The notes under the pieces were generated by a model. It was not told where the DNA came from. It saw nothing but the letters and a program-made list of their open reading frames with translations, and made no database searches. DNA of 9,447 nucleotides from Thecamonas trahens ATCC 50062 (taxonomy: Eukaryota; Protista; Apusomonadida): positions 1-9,447 of the forward strand of contig NW_013657585.1 in NCBI RefSeq assembly GCF_000142905.1, given 5' to 3'. Shown in pieces: positions 1 to 6,020 of this stretch (its first letter is position 1; every line of letters starts with the position of its first letter). Made by a program: the position numbers and the translations under genes.

Positions 1-142
1 AGGGAAGGAAGCGAGAGAAGGGAACGACGGGTGAACAACGGCTGGTTGGCGGGGCAAAGGACCTGGGCAAGGACAGGGGGGTGGGGACGCAGGGAGGGGG
101 GGGGACGGAATGGAGGGGGGAGGGAGGGGGGAGTGTGTACAG

Positions 143-154
143 TGCTCCACACAG
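143..154 (+). CDS. Candidate 12-nt microexon of the EF-hand gene (xTG CTC CAC ACA G)
   Basis: The only non-G-rich island in 60-320, flanked by TACAG| and |GTATGG. It is phase 1/phase 1 and joins in frame to 341, giving x-L-H-T-V-S-Q-V-D-L-F. Confidence 0.4.
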
Positions 155-340
155 GTATGGGATGGCTGGGTTCTGTAGTTGTGGGGAGGCGGTAGGGAGG
201 CAAGGCGGTGGGAAGGGTTGGCGGTGGTCGGCTGCGGCTCCGGCTGGTTGGTCGCTGGCGGGCTGGTGGGGCTGGCTGGCTGGCAGAGTTGATTGGGGTC
301 GGGGAAAGGACTTATGGGGGAATGGATGAGGCGTGTGTAG
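155..340 (+). other. Putative G-rich spliceosomal intron (EF-hand gene)
   Basis: GTATGG...GTGTAG, 186 nt, phase compatible. Confidence 0.45.
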
Positions 341-1290
341 TGAGCCAGGTGGATCTGTTTGAGCTCAAGGATCGGCTGAAGCGTGTGGCGGTGAAGGAGG
401 GCGGAATCTCGCTGGCGCAGTGGATCAAGACGTTCAAGGAGGTGGGCATCACGGACGATGGCTTTCTCCGCGGCTTTTACTCGCTCTTTGACTCGCAGAA
501 GAACGAGTGGATTGACTTTAAGGAGTTTGCCATCTACTCGGCGCTGGTGGGCCGGCCGCGGCGCGAGAAGAAGGTCGAGTACTGCTTCCGGGTCTTTGAC
601 CGCAACGGCTCGGGCGCGCTGGACAAGGAGGAGATGCGCAAGCTGATCAAGGCTGCGGTCCGAGTCATCAAGCGGTGCAACAACACGCTCCCGGGCCTGA
701 CGCCGTCCAAGAAGCCGTCCAAGATCGAGCGGTTCGAGCTGTCGGCGAGCGAGAAGAAGGCCATTGTCAAGGCTGCCGACAAGATCTTCAAACGGCTGGA
801 CAAGGACGACGACGGCGAGGTCTCGTACCGGATCTTCCAGACCGATGGCGATGTCAAGGAGGTGCGCACTGTTCTGGACTACTTTATGGCGCTCACCGAC
901 GCGCTGCCTGCCGAGCGGGCCTCGTCGTCCAAGAAGCGGAAGAGCAAGAAGGGCTCGGACTCCTCGTCCGACGACTCGAGTTCGAAGAAGGGCAAGCGCA
1001 AGGGCTCGAAGAAGGGCAAGGGGAAGGACAAGAAGGGCTCCAAGAAGGGGAAGGACAAGAAGGGATCCAAGAAGGGGAAGGACAAGAAGGGCTCCAAGAA
1101 GGGGAAGGATAAGAAGGGATCTAAGAAGGGGAAGGAGAAGGGCTCTAAGAAGGGCTCTAAGAAGGACAAGAAGGCCTCCAAGAAGGACAAGAAGGCCTCC
1201 AAGAAGGACAAGAAGGCCTCCAAGAAGGGATCCAAGAAGGGATCCAAGAAGGACAAGGGCAAGGGCAAGGGTAAGAGGAAGAGGAAGTGA
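341..1290 (+). CDS. EF-hand calcium-binding protein (NCS/recoverin/calcineurin-B/calaxin-like) with Lys-rich C-terminal tail; terminal exon, 5' end probably upstream
   Basis: EF loops DSQKNEWIDFKE (490-525), DRNGSGALDKEE (598-633) and degenerate DKDDDGEVSYRI (799-834). EKKVEYCFRVFD precedes the second loop, as in NCS-type proteins. Stop TGA at 1288-1290. The ORF upstream of ~340 is G-rich and non-coding-like. Acceptor TGTAG ends at 340 (phase 1); the in-frame ATG at 322 is an alternative start. Confidence 0.85.
1030..1221 (+). repeat. Coding tandem repeats: 27 bp x4 (KKGSKKGKD/E, 1030-1137) and 21 bp x3 (KKDKKAS, 1159-1221)
   Basis: Four near-identical AAGAAGGGMTCYAAGAAGGGGAAGGAN units and three exact AAGAAGGACAAGAAGGCCTCC units. 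Confidence 0.95.
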
Positions 1291-1569
1291 TTATCAGCCG
1301 ACTCCCATCTCATTGGTCTTGACCTCCTCGACCTGCACACGCCAGCCATCATTGAACGCATCCATCGATCACCTGCATCCGGCCCAAGTGCGCTGCGCAG
1401 TACGCAGGGTTGCCCGTACTTGCCATGGCGCGATCGTCGAGCATGGCTCGAGCATGTGCCACGGGGAGGGGGAGTTCGGGCATGGGGGTTGGGGAGAAGA
1501 CGAGAGTAAGAAGAAATGGAAATATCCAAGGGGGATACAAGTAGAGGAAAGGTTGAACATGTGTGTGAT

Positions 1570-1658
1570 GGGCTCAGAATACCAGGTGAGGCGTTACTCC
1601 CACAAGGCGCCTTAATTGAAGCACAGAGATACTCATAATTGGCGATTCATCGTAGCCC
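1570..1658 (-). ncRNA. Candidate box C/D snoRNA
   Basis: The - strand reads GGGC-T-ACGATGA...TT-CTGA-GCCC. It has a 4-bp terminal stem, a box C variant (1653-1647) and box D (1577-1574) with canonical kink-turn spacing. It is 89 nt long with an internal AGGCG/CGCCT stem, in an AT-richer intergenic island. Confidence 0.55.
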
Positions 1659-1853
1659 GAGAAATTGTACTCGACTGCCCGTAGGCAGTGACAAGTGCAG
1701 TTTCCCTACACGATGGTGCCGGAAAAGACACACGCCGAAACGCCGGCTATTCTCCGGTCCCCAATGTTTCGGAGGTCGCCACTGCTGAAAAGGGTTTGCA
1801 CACCCGCCCATCACTCCACCACTGCTAAACGAGGCAAACTCAACCACCTCACC

Positions 1854-2936
1854 ATGCTCCGCCTCAACCTCACCACCCTCGCCACCGCCTCCTGTGTCCT
1901 ACCGCGGGCTTTCTGTACGAGATCCTGCTAGAAATCACCATTGTGCAGCATGCTCTTGGCCCTTGCGTCGGAATACCTTCCCCTGTATCTTCTCTACACC
2001 CCCCGCCGTCGGCGGCTGCACTCACAGCTCAACCATCCTCCCCTTTCATCCATCCAGCGCTGACCGCTGCGCCGCGGGCGGCGTCCATGGCGCTCATCAA
2101 GGAGCTCCGCGCGGCAACGAATGCGCCGCTGAAGGACTGCAAGCAGGGTACGTTAGCAGCGAGCAGGGAGCGTGGGCAGGGGGTCAGGCGCCCAGAGCGC
2201 GAGACCGCCATCGCGGCGCTCTGCGGCACAGCAGCGGCAGCCTCGCGGCAGAGTGACTCACGACGGGGCGCGCGGCCGGAATGAAGCGCTCGAGGAGACG
2301 GCCGGCGATGTGGGTGCGGCGCAAAAGTGGCTGATCGAAAAGGGCAAGGTGGTGGCGGCGAAGAAGTCTGCCGGGCGTACGGCCAACGAGGGGCTCATCG
2401 GCCTGGCCACCGCCGCGGACGCGGCCGTCCTTGTCGAGATCAACTGCGAGACCGACTTTGCCGCCAAGAACGAGGCCTTCCACGCCTTTGTGGCCTCGCT
2501 CACCTCGCGGGCACTCACTGCGCCGCGCTCTGGTCCGGGCCCGCTGGATCTCTCGGTCCTCGAGGGTGAGACGCTCGACAACGACATCGCCGAGCTCACG
2601 CTCAAGATCGGCGAGCCGCTCAAGCTCGCCCGCGGCGTTGCCCTTGAGAGCGAGGTTGTCGGCGGCTATGTCCACGCCGGATCGACCGGCGGCAAGGTTG
2701 GCGATGTCGAGCTCGGCCGCGCCGGCGCTCTGGTGGCACTGCGCGGCTCGGCGGCGGCAGCCCCGGTCGCCCGCCAGCTTGCGCAGCACATTGTCGGCAT
2801 GCAGCCGGCGTCGCACGCCGATCTCCTTGCCCAGCCGTTCCTCTTTGACGGCGACAAGTCAGTCGCCGAGGTCATTGGCCGTGATGCCGAGATCGAGTAC
2901 GTCCAGCTGGCTGTCGGCGAGTCTGCATCGGAGTAA
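1854..2936 (+). CDS. TSFM: Mitochondrial elongation factor Ts; exons 1854-1914, 2058-2147, 2287-2936 (266 aa)
   Basis: The spliced product starts MLRLNLTTLATASCVLPRAF/SLTAAPRAASMALIKELRAATNAPLKDCKQ/ALEETAGDVGAAQKWL, i.e. a transit peptide with R-x-F-S plus the EF-Ts N-domain. It has the motifs GRTANEGLIG, EINCETDFAAKN and ARQLAQHIVGMQP. Both introns are phase 1. Stop TAA at 2934-2936. Confidence 0.95.
1915..2057 (+). other. Intron 1 of EF-Ts (143 nt)
   Basis: GTACGA...CATCCAG, branch-like GCTCAAC near 2030; restores the reading frame. Confidence 0.8.
2148..2286 (+). other. Intron 2 of EF-Ts (139 nt)
   Basis: GTACGT...ATGAAG, branch-like ACTCAC near 2258; restores the conserved DCKQALEE. Confidence 0.9.
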
Positions 2937-3033
2937 CACGCCAGCGTGATGAGCCAGCTCAGCCAGGTCAGGATCGGCCAGGATGAACAAGGCCAGTATC
3001 AGGCCAGGATCGACACGGCAAGGATGGGCCAAG

Positions 3034-3039
3034 AATAAA
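3034..3039 (+). promoter_or_regulatory. Possible polyadenylation signal of EF-Ts
   Basis: AATAAA about 100 nt after the stop, in otherwise GC-rich DNA. Confidence 0.3.
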
Positions 3040-3128
3040 GCCTGTCCGTGTTTCAAAGACTGCTCAACCGCCGAGTCGTCCATCGCGAGGCCGACTACCA
3101 TCCGATGATCATCATCAGTGAGTCGCCA

Positions 3129-3157
3129 CCGCCTCCGCCTCCGCCTCCGCCTCCGCC
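3129..3157 (+). repeat. (CCGCCT)n microsatellite, about 4.8 copies
   Basis: Directly visible upstream of the ATG at 3191. Confidence 0.9.
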
Positions 3158-3190
3158 CCCTCCCGCCACCCCCTTCTCTCCCATTCCCCC

Positions 3191-3852
3191 ATGCGTGCCG
3201 CTCGCCTTGCCCTTGTCCTCGCGCTTGTCGCTGCTGTTGCGTACGGCTCGTCGTCCAAGTCGAGCGAGACCTTTGTCCCCACTTCGGTGACCCTTCCGGG
3301 CAACACGACTGATGTGTCCAAGGTATGTTCTCTGTGGTGGTGGGGGAGGGGGGGCCGGGCACGTGACCCCATCACAGGCAAGGGGGGAGGGGGGGGGGGG
3401 GAGGGGAGGGGAGGGGGGGTATAGGCATGCCGACTCACGTGGTATGAGGCGGGGGATAGTGGGCATTGAGCATGACAACTGCGCTGCAGAACGGGAACTC
3501 GACGCTGCTGATGGGTCTGTTTGACGGCCAGGTGACCGGCTCCAACCCGCTGGGAGCTACTTCGACGACGACGGCAACGGCGCTGGTGAGCAAGCTGATG
3601 GATCTGGTCTCGGCTTTCAAGAGCTACTCGGTCGATGCTCTGGCTATTGTGCAGAATTTTGATGCGCCTGGTGTTGATACCAACTACGCTACCTTTACCC
3701 TCGTCTTCAACGGTGTCACCAACAACAACTGCATCGTCACATGGAACTCGCAGGTCATCGTCTCGTTCTCGGCAGAGAACAAGGCCGCCAGCTACGTCTC
3801 CCTTTGGGACGTCAACTCGGTCAACTCTCGCCTCGCGCAGAAGTGCCACTAG
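3191..3852 (+). CDS. Secreted hypothetical protein, probable SnoaL/NTF2-like fold; exons 3191-3322, 3490-3852 (164 aa)
   Basis: Signal peptide MRAARLALVLALVAAVAYG. Phase-0 intron GTATGT...CTGCAG. N-glycosylation sequons NTT and NST, two Cys, coding-like codon use, stop TAG at 3850-3852. The fold call is a pattern-based inference. Confidence 0.8.
3323..3489 (+). other. Intron (167 nt) with long G tracts at 3382-3419
   Basis: GTATGT donor, TGCAG acceptor, phase 0 at both ends. Confidence 0.8.
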
Positions 3853-4222
3853 TCTCCCCTGTGCCTTTTCTATCTCTCTTCGCTCCCGGCGCCCCTGACC
3901 CCGAGCTGCCTGGCGCCGCCTCGTCTCTCGTCAAGCGCACCCATACCTCCCCGCCGATCGCCGCCGTCGCCCAAGCCGCCCTTTGCCGCCATCCCCGCAA
4001 TAATGAACTCCTCCTCTCACAACTGCACACGCCGGGGCGACTTGGCGACCGAGACGCTGGGGATGCCGGCAATCAGGTCGATCGTGTGAAGCAGGACTCT
4101 TTGATGGAGGAGGATGGCGCAAAGCAGGTTGGCGAGAGGGTGGAAGACGGCGAGCAAGCCCGAGAGGACAGACTCATCTCCAGCCAGCCAGCCAAACCTT
4201 ACCGTAGTTGGAGAAGAAGGAT

Positions 4223-5742
4223 ATGTTTGCGTCGGTCCACCACCCTTCGGGTACTGCTGAGCAGCACCTCGGGTTTACCCTTGCAGCAGCAGCTGTGCTT
4301 CCTCCTGCTGCCCGTAGCGAGCTCCTTGCCGCCATCTCTGAGAAGAGCTCCTCCCGAGCAGTGGTCACCACTCGCCCAGGAGGTGAGGTCATTGTCGGTG
4401 ATGCCGCCACAGCCGTATACGCCATCTCCTGCTCCTCGCCCTCTGCACACCCTTCTTTCTCCACTCTCTCCTCTCTCTACTCGTGGTTGGCTTGGGCCTC
4501 CGCTTGTACGTTCTCCATGCCGTCCCCCCCCCCCCCCCACTTGCCCCCCCTCCCCTCCCGCGATCCCTCCGACACGTCCCGCTGATTGGGGATGATGCCT
4601 GATGCCGCCAACCGATGAGAGTCGCCGCCTGCTGATGGAGCAGGCAGCGAGTTGTCTGAGCTAATTGTGTCACGAAGATGTGCAGGGCTGTGTGAAACGC
4701 GCGATGGATACGGCGGACGGCTGCCAACTCATGGTGTGTGGGGGATGGGTGTTGGGGGACAGATGATGCAAACTCAGCGGCGGCGATCAAGGTGCTGGAG
4801 GAGCATCTGAAGCTGGCGGGATGTGGGCTGCTGAGCGAGCCTTTGGAGGGTGCTGAGGCGTCGCTGGCTGACTACGTGGTGTGCCAGCGGATTGCGACGT
4901 GGAAGGGCGAGAGTTCCGAGCTTGTGGCTGGGTACGTGAGCGGGGCCAAAGCAGCATCTCAGGTGCTTGACAGCGTGCTGAGTGCTGGCGACGCCGAAGC
5001 GGCGCGGTGGAAGGCGCTGGAGGAGCGGCAGGTCAAGCTGCTGGAGGCGATCGGGGCGCTGGAGGCCAAGGTGGCGGCCGGCACGGCCAACACTGGCGCC
5101 GGCGCCGTCACCAGCACCGGGCTGCCGGGCGACCCGCCCGTGCGGCAGGTCGAGCAGACGGTGTCCGAGGTGTGGACCCGGATTGACGGACTGTGCAAAG
5201 AAATGGGCATGACCAAGCATGCGTTCAAGCGCGCACCGCCCGAGTACTACGACTGCTCGCTGCAGTGGCGGCAAGCGCTCCTCGGCGCGCCGTCGATCCA
5301 CCAGCTCTGCAAGTCGATTGTCTTTGTCAACAAGAAGGCACCCAAGGACGTGGTCGACTGCTCCAACCCGCGCATGTCCAAGTACTACTGCGCTATTGTG
5401 CAGTACACCGCCCGGATCAACACTGCCGAGCTCGAGCGGTACGTCAAGTCGCTCAACCCCGGCGTGGCCAAGCGCAAGTTCCACTTCCGCCTGGTCAAGG
5501 ACGACCAGTCGGCCGTCCTCACCGGCTACGGCCACAACGCGGTCACTCCCATCGGCATGGCCACTCCCATCCCCATCGTTCTCGACGCTGCCCTCACCAA
5601 GCTCCCGCAGGGCAACTTCTGGCTAGGCGCCGGTGAGGTCGATCTCAAGATACGCGTCGATGCCAACGAGTTTGTTGCAGCCACCAACTGCTTTGTGGCC
5701 AACTTTACCGAGCCCAACCCGGACTACGCCGATCTCCCCTGA
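4223..5742 (+). CDS. GST-like domain + coiled coil + YbaK/ProX aminoacyl-tRNA deacylase domain protein; exons 4223-4505, 4763-5742 (420 aa)
   Basis: The C-terminal domain has PPEYYDCSLQWRQ, QLCKSIV (conserved Lys), SKYYCAIVQY, LTGYGHNAVTPIG and FWLGAGEVDLK, typical of the eukaryotic YbaK-like family. A phase-1 intron joins LYSWLAWASA/YDANSAAAIKVLEEHL...ASLADYVV (GST-C pattern). Stop TGA at 5740-5742. Exon 1 is less certain than exon 2. Confidence 0.85.
4506..4762 (+). other. Intron (257 nt), C-rich 5' part and G-rich 3' part
   Basis: GTACGT...GGGGGACAG, phase 1. Confidence 0.7.
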
Positions 5743-5868
5743 TGAGCCTCTCCTCTCCCTGCACTCGCCCCTAAAGCGAAGCCGTTCATCAAGGCTGATG
5801 TACCCCGCAAATCACCACCTTACCCACAACCCCATCCCTTCCCTCCACAACTACATCAGTAGCATACA

Positions 5869-5928
5869 GAGCAAGTGTACATTGAGAGCCAACTCGGATA
5901 TCATCTCAAGAGCTGCTCGACGACAACG
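5869..5928 (+). ncRNA. Candidate H/ACA-like guide hairpin
   Basis: Basal stem GAGCA/TGCTC, pocket AGTGTACA / GAGC, upper stem TTGAGA/TCTCAA, ACA at 5923-5925. Confidence 0.3.
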
Positions 5929-6020
5929 ATCCAACCAACTGCATCACCGCACGCCGACGAGGGATGGCCACCCACCGACCGCTGCCCGACCCAACTCCAT
6001 TCCTCTTCGAACCACCCATC

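Noticed and set aside
208-321. N-terminal extension of the 360-aa ORF (likewise 6319-6453, 2172-2286, 4738-4762)
   Set aside because: G-rich intron sequence read through from GTG/TTG or incidental starts; splice models give better proteins.
1030-1221. CRISPR-like array or mobile element
   Set aside because: Repeats are contiguous, in-frame and spacerless; no transposase, tRNA or rRNA was seen in the window.
1649-1705. Short matches to U4 (ATCGTAGCC), U1 (ACTCGACTGC) and U14 (GCAGTTTCC)
   Set aside because: Isolated 9-10-mers without the other diagnostic elements.
2946-2952. Perfect box C GTGATGA (and CTGATGA at 5739-5745)
   Set aside because: No suitably placed D box with a terminal stem.
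3105-3123. ATG plus GTGAGT donor as an upstream exon
   Set aside because: No phase-compatible acceptor nearby, and it would remove the clear signal peptide.
3425-3441. Extra microexon ATAG|...|GTATGA in the secreted-protein intron
   Set aside because: 17 nt; would break the frame.
4591-4665. Intronic box C/D snoRNA (ATGATGC...CTGA)
   Set aside because: Imperfect C box, broken terminal stem, no recognisable guide.
4686-4733. Extra phase-1 exon within the YbaK-gene intron after a CTAAT branch-like motif
   Set aside because: Needs a 29-nt downstream intron with a weak GTGTGT donor; the GST pattern reads well without it.
5740-5745. TGATGA as selenocysteine or read-through
   Set aside because: Domain already complete, tandem stops, no SECIS evident.
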